DNA of 34,315 nt from Holophagales bacterium UBA2201 (GTDB lineage: Bacteria; Acidobacteriota; Thermoanaerobaculia; UBA2201), in contig DCUZ01000019.1 of NCBI GenBank assembly GCA_002327305.1, forward strand, positions 47,030-81,344, in the 5' to 3' direction. This document shows, one piece after another, positions 25,928 through 34,315 of the stretch. The notes under the pieces were generated by a model, which worked only from the letters and a program-made list of their open reading frames with translations, was not told where the DNA came from and searched no databases. Made by a program: the position numbers and the translations under genes. Each line of letters starts with the position of its first letter. The first letter of the stretch is position 1.

Positions 25928-27246
25928 AGGAGCTTGAGGATGTCGAAGACGAGGACCACGGCGAAGAGCGTCATCAGGAAGGCGAAGCCGGCCTGGATGA
26001 GGCGATACTTGAAGGCGGCCTTGAAGTCGCGCCGCATCAACCCCTCCAGCGTCAGGATGAACATGTGCCCCCCGTCGAGCAGGGGGATGGGGAGGAGGTT
26101 GAAGATGGCCAGTTGGAGGGAGATGAGCCCCATCAGGTGGAGGAAGTTGGCCGGCCCGGTGCGGATGAACTCGCCCGAGATGCGGGCCATGTCCAGGGGG
26201 CCGGAGACCTGCCGGATGGAGCCCTTGCCCTGCAGGAGTTTCTTCAGAAAACGGTAGGAGAGGGTGGCGCCGTCGAGGCAGGCGATGCCCCCCCGGCGGA
26301 ACGATTCCACGAACCCGTAGCGCTTCAGGGCCGTCCCCTCGCCGGCGGCGTCGAAGAGGACCCCCATCTGTCCGACCCCGTCCACCGACGCCAGGGTCAC
26401 CTCGGTCCGGACCCGCTCCGCCCCCCGCTCCACCTCCAGCGCGAGCGTGGCGCCGGGATTGGCGCGGGCGATCTCCACCACCGCGGCGTAGTGATGAATG
26501 GGCGCGCCGTCCACGGCGGCGATGATGTCGCCCGCTTGGAGGCCCGCCGCCTGGGCCGGGGTGCCGGGGTTGACCTGCTGGATGCGCGGGCGCGCCTCGG
26601 GGTAGACGCCGATGTCGCCCACCCGGTACTTCCCCTTCTTTTCGATCTGCACCGGGAGCCGGAGGCCCTCCCCGCCGCGGAGCACCTCGAAGGTGACCCG
26701 CTCCCCCCCGGAAAGGAGGACGGTCTCGGAGAAGGCCTGCCAATCGGGGAGGGCCTTCCCCTCCACGCCGGTGATCCGGTCTCCGGGGAGGATCCCCGCC
26801 CGCCCGGCGGGCCCTTCGGCGTCCACGAACCCCACCACCACCGGCTTCTCCAGGAGCGCCGGCACCTGGATGCCGACCATGAAGGAGGCGCTCGTGAAGA
26901 GAAGGGCGGCGACGAGGTTGGCGGCGGAGCCGCCCATGAAGATGAAAAACCGCTTCCACCGGGGCCCCGCCATCGAAGGGGGCGGGGTGTCCCCCTCGCG
27001 GGCGATGAGGTCGGACTCGTCCAGCCCCAGCCCCTTGACCTTGACGTACCCCCCCAGGGGGATCCACGAGACCCGGTAGTCGGTCTCCTGCCGGCGGAAC
27101 CCCCACGCCCGGGGCCCCAGGCCGATGGAGAAGACCTCCACGGGAAAGCGGAACGCCTTGGCCAGGAGGAAGTGCCCCGCCTCGTGGAGGGTCACCAGGA
27201 TGCCCAGGACGATGAGAAAACCGAGGATGCTCTGCAGAACGGCCAT
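25924..27246 (-). CDS. rseP: RIP site-2 metalloprotease RseP (M50) with PDZ domains
   Basis: HEAGH zinc motif in TM1, PDZ repeats, C-terminal LDGGH. Confidence 0.9.
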   Translation of the reverse strand: MAVLQSILGFLIVLGILVTLHEAGHFLLAKAFRFPVEVFSIGLGPRAWGFRRQETDYRVSWIPLGGYVKVKGLGLDESDLIAREGDTPPPSMAGPRWKRFFIFMGGSAANLVAALLFTSASFMVGIQVPALLEKPVVVGFVDAEGPAGRAGILPGDRITGVEGKALPDWQAFSETVLLSGGERVTFEVLRGGEGLRLPVQIEKKGKYRVGDIGVYPEARPRIQQVNPGTPAQAAGLQAGDIIAAVDGAPIHHYAAVVEIARANPGATLALEVERGAERVRTEVTLASVDGVGQMGVLFDAAGEGTALKRYGFVESFRRGGIACLDGATLSYRFLKKLLQGKGSIRQVSGPLDMARISGEFIRTGPANFLHLMGLISLQLAIFNLLPIPLLDGGHMFILTLEGLMRRDFKAAFKYRLIQAGFAFLMTLFAVVLVFDILKLL

Positions 27247-27249
27247 GGA

Positions 27250-28425
27250 TTATTCAACCTTTCGGACGGCACCGTTTAGTTCGGCCCGGGCCAGGCGCCG
27301 GGCCCGCCCGGCCGCGTCGAGGAGGGCCGGCAAGTCGGGCATGGGGGGATCGTCCCACCGCTCGAGGGCGTTTTGCACCGCTTCCGCGATGCCCAAAAAC
27401 CCGACCCGCCCCCGCAGGAACTCCCCCACGGCCAGTTCGTTGGCCAGGGAGAAGACCATGGGGTACCCTCCCCCGCGGCGCAGGGCTTCGTAGCCCAGCG
27501 GGAGGAGGGGGAACTTCTTCCCATCCACCGGGAGGAACGAAAGCGTCATCCCCGGGAACCGGACCCGCCCGAAGGGGGAGGGGAGGCGGCGGGGCCAGGA
27601 AAGGGCGTACTGGATGGGAAACTTCATGTCGTTGGGGCTCACCTGGGCCAGGACCGAACCGTCGCGGTACTGGACCATCGAATGGATCTGGCTCTGGGGA
27701 TGGACCACCACCTCGATGGCCTGGGCCGGAAAGCCGAAGAGGAAGTGGGCCTCGATCACCTCCAGGGCCTTGTTCCCCAGCGTGGCGGAGTCGATGGTGA
27801 TCTTGGGCCCCATGGACCAGGTGGGGTGCCGGAGGGCCTCCTCCACCGTGATGGAGGCGAATTCCGACCGTTTCTTTTTCAGGAACGGCCCGCCGGAGGC
27901 GGTGAGGATCAGTTTCTCCACCTCGCTGCGCTTCCCCGATCGAAGGCCCTGGTGGAGGGCGCAATGCTCACTGTCGATGGGAAGGATGCGGCGGCCGCGG
28001 CGGCGGGCCTCCCGGTTGAACAGCGCCCCGGCCATCACCATGGCCTCCTTGTTCGCCAGGGCCAGGTCCTTGCCCGACTCCAGGCAGCGGAACGCGGGGA
28101 CCAGCCCCGCCTCCCCCACGATGGCCGCCACCGCCATCTCGGCCTCGGTCTCGGCCGCCAGATCGGCGATGGCGGCGTCCCCGGCATAGACCCTGGCGCG
28201 GGGGAGGGCCCGTTTCACCTCCCTGGCGGCCCCGGCATCGGCCACCCCGACGCGCCGAACGCCGAACCGGCGCGCCTGCTCGATCAGCCGCTCGGTGTTC
28301 CTGCCCGCCACGAGGGCGGCGATGGAAAACTCGTCCCGGAAGTGATGGACCACCTCCAGGGTGGAGACGCCGATGGAGCCGGTGGAGCCGAGGAGGATGA
28401 TCCTCTTCACGGGAGCGACTTCCAC
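27250..28425 (-). CDS. dxr: 1-deoxy-D-xylulose 5-phosphate reductoisomerase (Dxr)
   Basis: LGSTGSIG NADPH motif and DSEH. GTG start; an alternative in-frame GTG at 28410 gives VKRIILLGSTG. Confidence 0.9.
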   Translation of the reverse strand: MEVAPVKRIILLGSTGSIGVSTLEVVHHFRDEFSIAALVAGRNTERLIEQARRFGVRRVGVADAGAAREVKRALPRARVYAGDAAIADLAAETEAEMAVAAIVGEAGLVPAFRCLESGKDLALANKEAMVMAGALFNREARRRGRRILPIDSEHCALHQGLRSGKRSEVEKLILTASGGPFLKKKRSEFASITVEEALRHPTWSMGPKITIDSATLGNKALEVIEAHFLFGFPAQAIEVVVHPQSQIHSMVQYRDGSVLAQVSPNDMKFPIQYALSWPRRLPSPFGRVRFPGMTLSFLPVDGKKFPLLPLGYEALRRGGGYPMVFSLANELAVGEFLRGRVGFLGIAEAVQNALERWDDPPMPDLPALLDAAGRARRLARAELNGAVRKVE

Positions 28426-28575
28426 GCGTAGAGGGCCAGGCCGGGATGGTTTCTTTGTAGGGGCACCGCATGCTGTGCCCTTGCGGTGGTAAGAGCGAGC
28501 CGCCCTCTCCCGATCAGTCTATGAAAGAGGCGCTTCACGGCAAGGACTTCCAGGCGTAGAGGGCCAGCGCGGCCC
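28420..28575. repeat. 28-bp direct repeat of the cdsA 3' terminus flanking a 100-bp insert between cdsA and dxr
   Basis: acttccaggcgtagagggccagcgcggcc (28548-28575) versus acttccacgcgtagagggccaggccggg (28420-28447). The 28407..29120 ORF reuses the CdsA C-terminus YAWKSLP. Confidence 0.7.
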
Positions 28576-29317
28576 AAAGCAAGCTGTCGGTCCGGTCCCA
28601 GAACCCGCCGTGGCCGGGGAAGAAGGCGCCGCTGTCCTTCACCTCCAGGTCCCGCTTCAACAGCGACTGGATGAGGTCGCCCCAGAAGCAGGCCAGCCCC
28701 ATCGCCAGGCCGGCCGCGGCGTTCGGCCAGGAGAGGCCGAAGAAACCGAGGGTGACGGCGACGGCGGCCAGGTGGAGGGCCACCGTCCCCTCCCAGGTCT
28801 TCTTGGGGCTCACGGCCGGGGCCACCGGGTGCCGGCCCATCGTCTTGCCGGCGTAATAGGCCGTGCTGTCGGAGACCCAGACGACGGCCAGAAGATAGAG
28901 GATCAGCTTGATCCCCTCTTCGGGGCCGAAATGGGTCCGCAGGGCGGCGACAGCCCCTCCGGGGAGGCCGAAGAGGAGGGGCAGGGCCGTGGCGTAGTAG
29001 AGGCGAAAAGCCCCCCCCTGGAGGGGTTGAGGTATCGCCAGCACCGCCATGGCCGGGAGGAAGAGGGCCGCGCACAGGACCGGGAGGGCGGGGAGGCGGA
29101 AAAACAGCCACGCCCCCCACAGGGCCGTCAGGGCCATGACCAGGGCGAAGAGGAGGGGGTTGGTGCGGGAAAGGTAGAGTTTCGCGGCCTCGGCGGCGGC
29201 GAGAAGGACCACCAGGGCGGCGAGGACCTGAAACCCCGCGGGGGGAAGGAGGAAAAAGATCCCCGCGATCAGGGCGATGCCGACGGCGGCCGTGGCTTCG
29301 CGCCTAACCGAGGCCAC
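28535..29317 (-). CDS. cdsA: phosphatidate cytidylyltransferase (CdsA)
   Basis: Polytopic membrane protein with the CdsA C-terminal signature SDSTAYYAGK...FPGHGGFWDRTDS. GTG start with RBS GGAGG. Confidence 0.85.
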   Translation of the reverse strand: MASVRREATAAVGIALIAGIFFLLPPAGFQVLAALVVLLAAAEAAKLYLSRTNPLLFALVMALTALWGAWLFFRLPALPVLCAALFLPAMAVLAIPQPLQGGAFRLYYATALPLLFGLPGGAVAALRTHFGPEEGIKLILYLLAVVWVSDSTAYYAGKTMGRHPVAPAVSPKKTWEGTVALHLAAVAVTLGFFGLSWPNAAAGLAMGLACFWGDLIQSLLKRDLEVKDSGAFFPGHGGFWDRTDSLLWAALALYAWKSLP

Positions 29318-30005
29318 CGAACCTCCGCTCCCGCCCCGCGTAGTCCTCCAGGGCCGCGTTCAGGTGCCCGGCCCGGAAGTCGGGCCAGTGGACGGGGGTG
29401 ATGTGCAGTTCGGCGTAGGCCAACTGCCAGAGGAAGAAGTTGCTGACGCGCATCTCGCCGCTGGTGCGGATGAGCAGGTCGGGGTCGGGGAGGGAGGGGT
29501 CGTAGAACCGGGCCTGGAGCGCCGCCTCGTCCACCGCTCCGGCCCCTTCGTCCAGGAGGCGCTGCATGGCGTCCAGGATCTCCGTCCGTCCGGAGTAGTT
29601 CAGCGCGAGCGTCAGATAGAGGCCGGTGTTGTTAGCCGTTTCGGCGATGGTCTGCTTCAATTTGGCCTGGACGGCGGGATGGAGGTCCCCCAGGCGACCG
29701 ATGGCGTGGAAGGAGACGTTGTGGGCCATCATGGTGGGGAGTTCCTGCTCCATGTAGAGGTTCAACAGCCCCATGAGGGCGTCCACCTCCTCCTTGGGCC
29801 GCTTCCAGTTCTCGGTGGAGAAGGCGAAGAGGGTGAGGTAGCCGATGCCCCGCTCGGCGCACGCCGTCACCACGGCCCTCACCGACTCGATCCCCGCCCG
29901 GTGCCCCTCGATGCGGGGCAGGCCCCGCCCCTTGGCCCAGCGGCCGTTGCCGTCCATGATCACGGCGATGTGGCGGGGAAGTTTCGCGTTGGCGGGTTGA
30001 GGCAT
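29304..30005 (-). CDS. uppS: undecaprenyl diphosphate synthase (UppS, cis-prenyltransferase)
   Basis: HIAVIMDGNGRWA ... RTSGEMRVSNFFLWQLAYAEL. Start ATG 30005; the 3' end overlaps the cdsA start by 14 nt. Confidence 0.9.
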   Translation of the reverse strand: MPQPANAKLPRHIAVIMDGNGRWAKGRGLPRIEGHRAGIESVRAVVTACAERGIGYLTLFAFSTENWKRPKEEVDALMGLLNLYMEQELPTMMAHNVSFHAIGRLGDLHPAVQAKLKQTIAETANNTGLYLTLALNYSGRTEILDAMQRLLDEGAGAVDEAALQARFYDPSLPDPDLLIRTSGEMRVSNFFLWQLAYAELHITPVHWPDFRAGHLNAALEDYAGRERRFGGLG

Positions 30006-30049
30006 CCGCCTATTGTATATGAACCCCCGGTTTGGCTCAAGGGGCGGGG

Positions 30050-30080
30050 ACTTTGAACCTGAAACCTGGAACTTGAAACT
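30050..30080 (+). repeat. GAAAC heptamer array (ctgaaac-ctggaac-ttgaaac)
   Basis: Same repeat family as 13996 and 10694; lies 34 bp upstream of a C-tract-flanked -35. Confidence 0.65.
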
Positions 30081-30114
30081 GGGCGGGAGGTAGCGCGGAA
30101 TATCCCCCCCCGCC

Positions 30115-30146
30115 TTGACACGCCCCCCCGTCTGCGTTACTATAAT
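30115..30146 (+). promoter_or_regulatory. consensus promoter cccccccccgccTTGACAcgccccccc ... TACTATAAT upstream of the flotillin gene
   Basis: -35 TTGACA in a poly-C context; -10 TACTAT (17 bp) or TATAAT (20 bp). Confidence 0.5.
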
Positions 30147-30251
30147 TATTGAGAAAATATTCACAACACAGGCCTCGGGTCGGACCCGCTTTTCCCCCCG
30201 GCGGGCTGGCGTGAATTTTTTCCGTTCGATCGACAACAACAGGAGGTCGTC

Positions 30252-31643
30252 ATGTTGACTTGGGTCATTATCATCCTGGCCGCCGTAGCGGTCGTCGCCA
30301 TTCTCATCGCCTTCCTCACCAAGCAGTATAAGAAGGTCGCCCCCAACCAGGTGCTCGTCGTCTCCGGCGGGGCGAAATACACCCTCACCGGCCCCGACGG
30401 CGCCACCAAGCAGGTGGGATACCGCCTCCGCGTGGGTGGCGGCGCCTTCATCAACCCCTTCACCGAGAAGGCCGAGACGATGACCCTCGAGGTCATCTCT
30501 GTGACGATCAAGACCCCCGAAGTGCTCTCCGGCGAGGGGGTCCCGCTGGTGGCCGAGGCGACCGCCCAGGTGCGCATCGACACCGCCGACTACCCGCTGG
30601 CCCTGGCCGTGGAGCAGTTCCTTGGCTCCGGCGCCGAGGGGATCCGCCAGGTCTCCGAGACCATCCTCGAGGGGGCCGTCCGCGCCGTCATCGGCCAGAT
30701 GAAGGTGGAGGAGGTCTACAAGGACCGCATGGGGTTCGCCGAGCGCGTCGGGGACATGGTGGAGGACGACTTCGCCCGCATGGGCCTCCAGATGGTCTCC
30801 TTCGCCCTCAAGGACGTCTCCGACACCCAGGGCTACCTCGACGCCCTGGCCAAGCCCAAGATCGCCGCGGTGAAGCTGGCCGCCCAGGTGGCGCAGGCCG
30901 AGGCCGACCGCGACGCCGCCATCCAGACCGCCGAGGCCCGCAAGCAGGCCGAGATCGCCCGCCTGGCCGCCGAGGCCGTCATCGCCGGCAAGTCGTGGGA
31001 GAACGAGGGGAAGAAGGCCGATTCACAGGTGGCCGTCAACACCAAGAAGGCCCACGCCGACATGTCCTACGAACTGGAGCGCAACAAGATCGCCCAGGCG
31101 CTGAAAAAGGAGGAGCACGCGGTCAAGATGATGGACAAGGACAACGCCATCAAGCTCGAGGAGCTCGAGGTGGTGCGCCGCCAGAAGGAATTGGAGTCCT
31201 CCGTCATCAAGCCGGCCGACGCCCGCAAGTACCAGATCCAGGCCGAGGCCGAGGCCGAGTCGTTCCGCCTCTCCGCCGAGGCCAAGGGGAAGGCCGAAGC
31301 CAAACGGGTGCAGGCCGAGGTGGACGCCGCCTCGGTCAAGCAGATGGGGACGGCCGAGGCCTCCGCCATCGCCGAGAAGGGCAAGGCCTACGCGCAGTAC
31401 AGCCAGGCCGCCGTCACCAAGATGATGGTGGACATGATGCCCGAGATGGCCAAGGCCGTGGCCGAGCCCCTCTCCCGCGTGGAGAAGGTGGTCCTCATCG
31501 GCAGCGACGGCAAGACCGGCGCCGGCAAGCTCACGGGGCAGGTGGCCGAGGTGATGGCCCAGATCCCCGAGGTGGTGGAAGCGGTCTCCGGCATCGACCT
31601 CAAGAAGATCCTGAAGGAAAAATTCTCCGGCGGCAAGGAATAG
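30252..31643 (+). CDS. flotillin / SPFH-domain membrane scaffold protein
   Basis: N-terminal TM helix, SPFH domain, long Ala/Glu/Lys-rich coiled-coil C-terminus. RBS AGGAGG. Confidence 0.85.
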   Translation: MLTWVIIILAAVAVVAILIAFLTKQYKKVAPNQVLVVSGGAKYTLTGPDGATKQVGYRLRVGGGAFINPFTEKAETMTLEVISVTIKTPEVLSGEGVPLVAEATAQVRIDTADYPLALAVEQFLGSGAEGIRQVSETILEGAVRAVIGQMKVEEVYKDRMGFAERVGDMVEDDFARMGLQMVSFALKDVSDTQGYLDALAKPKIAAVKLAAQVAQAEADRDAAIQTAEARKQAEIARLAAEAVIAGKSWENEGKKADSQVAVNTKKAHADMSYELERNKIAQALKKEEHAVKMMDKDNAIKLEELEVVRRQKELESSVIKPADARKYQIQAEAEAESFRLSAEAKGKAEAKRVQAEVDAASVKQMGTAEASAIAEKGKAYAQYSQAAVTKMMVDMMPEMAKAVAEPLSRVEKVVLIGSDGKTGAGKLTGQVAEVMAQIPEVVEAVSGIDLKKILKEKFSGGKE

Positions 31644-31667
31644 CGGTCCGCCGGGCCGAGGCGTCCC

Positions 31668-34013
31668 ATGACCATTTCTGAACGAGCGAACCAGATCGCG
31701 GCCTCGCCGACGCTGCGCATCGCGGCCAAGGCCAAGGCCATGCAGGCCGAGGGGATCGACCTGGTCGATTTCTCCATCGGCGAGCCCGACTTCCCCACTC
31801 CCGCCGCAGTCAAGGCCGCGGGCGCGCGCGCCATCGACACCAACTTCACCAAGTACACCGCCAACGAGGGGATCCCCGACCTGCGTCAGGCCATCTGCGA
31901 CCGCATCCGCGAGGACTACGGCGTCCAGTACCAGCCGGGGGAGATCCTCGTCTCCTGCGGGGCCAAGCATTCCCTCTCCCTGATCATGCAGGCCATCCTC
32001 AACCCCGGGCAGGAGGTGATCATCCCCGCCCCCTACTGGGTCTCCTACACGGAAATGGTGCGCCTGGCCGGGGGGGTCCCCGTGATCGTGCAGGCCAAGG
32101 AGGAGAACGGGTTCAAGCTGACGGCGGAACAGCTGAAGGCGGCCATCACCGCCAACACCAAGGCCGTCCTCCTCAACTCCCCCTCCAACCCCACCGGGGC
32201 CGTCTACTCCCGCGGCGAACTGGAGGCCCTGGCCCGGGTCGTCGTGGCCGAGGGGATCCTCTGCATCGCCGACGAAATCTACGACAAATTGCTTTTCGAC
32301 GACTTCAAGTACACTTCGTTCCCCTCCCTGGGGCCGGAGGTCAAGAAGCGCACCCTCCTGGTGAACGGCGTCTCAAAGGCCTACGCCATGCCCGGATGGC
32401 GCATCGGTTATACCGCCGGCGACGCTGCCATTATCGCCGCCATGGGGAAGGTGCAAAGCCAGACTACCTCCAACGCCGCCTCCATCTCCCAGAAGGCGGC
32501 CCTCGAGGCCTTCGCCGGGCCCCAGCACGAGGTGTCGAGGATGACGGCCGAGTACCAGCGCCGCCGCAACTATGTCCTCAACCGCCTCGAGTCCATCCCC
32601 AACATCCACTGCGTCAAGCCCGACGGCGCCTTCTACGCCTTCCCCAACATCGAGGCCTATTACGAGAAGGAGTTCGACGGTACCGTCATCCGCAACTCCT
32701 ACGGCATGGCCTACTACCTCCTGCGCCATGCCAACGTGGCCATCGTCCCCGGCGACGCTTTCGGGGCCCCCGCCAACATGCGCATCTCCTACGCCACCTC
32801 CATGGAAAACCTGGAGAAGGGGATGAGCCGCTTAATAGATGCCTTCGCGCGGCTCAAAACCCCGAAGAAAGTGCGGCGCACGGCCCTGCAGAACGCCGTG
32901 ACCAAGGTGAAAAAGCAGGTCCCCGTGGACGCCCGTGTCGCCCCTGACCGGCGCGACGCCCTGGCCGGCGAGGCGCAGAGCCAGTTGACCCACGACGCCT
33001 ACTACGAGTGGAACGCCAACATCAACGGCGTCGTCGTGCAACTGCGCACCAACGTCCCGCACCTCTACGACTTCTGGATGGAGAACTGGTACCCCGCGGA
33101 GCTCGAGGCGGGGATCGAGCCCCACGGCCTCATTTACGCCGTGGACGGCCTCACGGGCCGGGAGCCCCACGCCTTCTACTGCTCCGAGACCAAGACCGGC
33201 TTCCTCTTCAACGCCGACCACTACGGCTCCCTCCGCTCGCTGGCCCTCGGGCTGGTGACCGACGTCGGGGAGCGCCTCTTCGACGTCCACGGCGTCCGCG
33301 GCCTCTCCCTCGACATCGAGGGGACCGGCGCCGTCTTCGTGGGCCCGGCGGGGACCAAGAAGACCGAGATCGCCTTCGGCCTCCTGGCCCAGCCCGGCGT
33401 GGCCCTCCACAGCGCCGACTACCTCCTGGTCCGCTACGGCGGGGGGTTCGCCGCCGCCGACAACCCGGAGCGGAAGGCCTACCTCCCCACCCGCGTGGTG
33501 GAGGCGTTCCCGCCGCTGGCCAAGCTGATCGACCGCTCGCGGTGCGAAAACGTCGTCACCGCCAAGGAGGACTGCCGCCACGCCGAGTGCCTCCTGGCTG
33601 AGGACTGCCGCCTCGACAAGGGGTCGCCCTTCTGCTTCAAGGCCGCGGGCAAGTCCCACGCCCTGCTCGACCCCTACTGGCTGGGCGGGATGCGCAAGCA
33701 CGTCAAGCGCATCGACGTGCGCTTCGTCTTCCTCCTCAAGAACGACCCGCTGGGGTTCCCCACACAGGTGCTCGACGCCGAGGAGGCCGTGCGCCACCTC
33801 GAGCTCGGGCAGGCCTACGGCTCGGGGACCGTCAAGAACCAGCCCTTCTACAACCCCCACTGGCTCACCGACACCTCCGAGCGCGCCGAACTGCAGAAGC
33901 GCTTCTGGCGCCGCCTCCTCAAGGGGGCCAAGGCGGTGGTCCTCAACACCGCGGGGATGACGGCCGAGGAAGCCCAGGGCAAGGTCCTGGAGATCGTCAG
34001 CAAGGGAGCGTAG
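31668..34013 (+). CDS. aspartate aminotransferase (residues ~1-400) fused to a C-terminal ~380-aa HprK-like P-loop domain with a cysteine cluster
   Basis: N-terminal half has the PLP lysine motif SKAYAMPGWRIGY. C-terminal half has VHGVRGLSLDIEGTGAVFVGPAGTKKTEIAFGLLAQPGVALHSADYLLV, which tracks the HprK P-loop (G.SG.GKSE...LV.DD), followed by C-x9-C-x4-C-x5-C-x9-C. Confidence 0.8.
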   Translation: MTISERANQIAASPTLRIAAKAKAMQAEGIDLVDFSIGEPDFPTPAAVKAAGARAIDTNFTKYTANEGIPDLRQAICDRIREDYGVQYQPGEILVSCGAKHSLSLIMQAILNPGQEVIIPAPYWVSYTEMVRLAGGVPVIVQAKEENGFKLTAEQLKAAITANTKAVLLNSPSNPTGAVYSRGELEALARVVVAEGILCIADEIYDKLLFDDFKYTSFPSLGPEVKKRTLLVNGVSKAYAMPGWRIGYTAGDAAIIAAMGKVQSQTTSNAASISQKAALEAFAGPQHEVSRMTAEYQRRRNYVLNRLESIPNIHCVKPDGAFYAFPNIEAYYEKEFDGTVIRNSYGMAYYLLRHANVAIVPGDAFGAPANMRISYATSMENLEKGMSRLIDAFARLKTPKKVRRTALQNAVTKVKKQVPVDARVAPDRRDALAGEAQSQLTHDAYYEWNANINGVVVQLRTNVPHLYDFWMENWYPAELEAGIEPHGLIYAVDGLTGREPHAFYCSETKTGFLFNADHYGSLRSLALGLVTDVGERLFDVHGVRGLSLDIEGTGAVFVGPAGTKKTEIAFGLLAQPGVALHSADYLLVRYGGGFAAADNPERKAYLPTRVVEAFPPLAKLIDRSRCENVVTAKEDCRHAECLLAEDCRLDKGSPFCFKAAGKSHALLDPYWLGGMRKHVKRIDVRFVFLLKNDPLGFPTQVLDAEEAVRHLELGQAYGSGTVKNQPFYNPHWLTDTSERAELQKRFWRRLLKGAKAVVLNTAGMTAEEAQGKVLEIVSKGA

Positions 34014-34056
34014 CGTGAGAGAAAATGCCCACAGCAATCGTCCTGTGTTTATTCTG

Positions 34057-34140
34057 TCCGGCTTTCCGGCTTTCCCGCGTTCCCGCGTTCCCGCTTTCCC
34101 GCCTTCCAGCCTTCTAGCCTTCCAGCCTTCTAGCCTTCCC
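34057..34140 (+). repeat. pyrimidine-rich tandem heptamer array (YTTCC core) in the leader of the downstream gene
   Basis: ccggctt-tccggct-ttcccgc-gttcccg-cgttccc-gctttcc-cgccttc-cagcctt-ctagcct-tccagcc-ttctagc-cttcccg. Confidence 0.75.
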
Positions 34141-34150
34141 GAGGTGACCC

Positions 34151-34315
34151 ATGGCCGGTGATATTTTCAACTTGGAAGCCTACAAGCAATTCGTCGAGGC
34201 CCTGGGCCCGGCCCTGCAAGGTCCCAACATCCGCCACGTGGACCAGGACTGGCTGGAACCGCGGGCGCGGGAGTTCGGGACCCGGACCAAGTACGGCTCC
34301 TACGGCTGGCGCTCC
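34151..34315 (+). CDS. 5' fragment of a hypothetical protein; continues past the window end
   Basis: ATG 34151 (MAGDIFNLEAYKQFVEALGP...), open to the window end; preceded by the heptamer array. Confidence 0.4.
   Translation, partial: MAGDIFNLEAYKQFVEALGPALQGPNIRHVDQDWLEPRAREFGTRTKYGSYGWRS

Noticed and set aside
29304-30239. Long form of UppS starting at 30239 (311 aa)
   Set aside because: The N-terminal 78 residues have no homology support. The conserved UppS N-terminus (MPQPANAKLPRHIAVIMDGNGRW) starts at ATG 30005.
1-34315. tRNA, rRNA or transposase/integrase genes
   Set aside because: No T-loop-like GGTTCGANTCC contexts or cloverleaf-sized conserved blocks were seen in the intergenic regions. 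No ORF had transposase or integrase motifs.

Overview
This is a high-GC (about 68-70%) bacterial chromosomal window. The gene content (small cytochrome c3, two-domain PPK2, CHAD protein, SufS) fits a Myxococcota-, Desulfobacterota- or Acidobacteriota-like genome. ORF-track frames were checked by hand and starts chosen from RBS and signal-peptide evidence.

Left to right: priA 3' fragment; hup (HU) with a degenerate duplicate of an internal hup segment upstream of it; an EF-G paralog lacking the catalytic histidine; a tightly coupled polyphosphate operon (Ppx/GppA, two tandem thymidylate-kinase-like P-loop kinases, a small basic repeat protein, a CHAD protein); MarR, a B12-binding radical SAM protein and a small membrane protein; a convergent two-domain PPK2; RidA; a low-GC lipoprotein that looks horizontally acquired; an Fe-S assembly operon (NifS-like, NifU-like, SufS, a 90-aa ORF) and a tetraheme cytochrome c3; a 1158-aa secreted zinc metalloprotease carrying two copies of an unrecognised ~200-aa domain, which recurs in a standalone secreted protein two genes away; GT4 glycosyltransferase; the conserved uppS-cdsA-dxr-rseP-ispG operon (minus strand); flotillin; and an aspartate aminotransferase fused to an HprK-like P-loop domain with a cysteine cluster.

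Non-coding structure is prominent. There are two families of 7-bp-periodic tandem arrays: YYGAAAC (four arrays) and YTTCC pyrimidine-rich (two arrays). Two near-consensus -35/-10 promoters sit in C-tracts immediately downstream of GAAAC arrays. Other features are a recurring GCATGC-centred palindromic terminator, REP-like hairpins, a 21-bp tandem duplication that duplicates an RBS and start codon, and a 28-bp duplication of the cdsA 3' end flanking a 100-bp insert. ATGA stop/start overlaps recur across the window. No tRNA, rRNA, CRISPR array or transposase was recognised.
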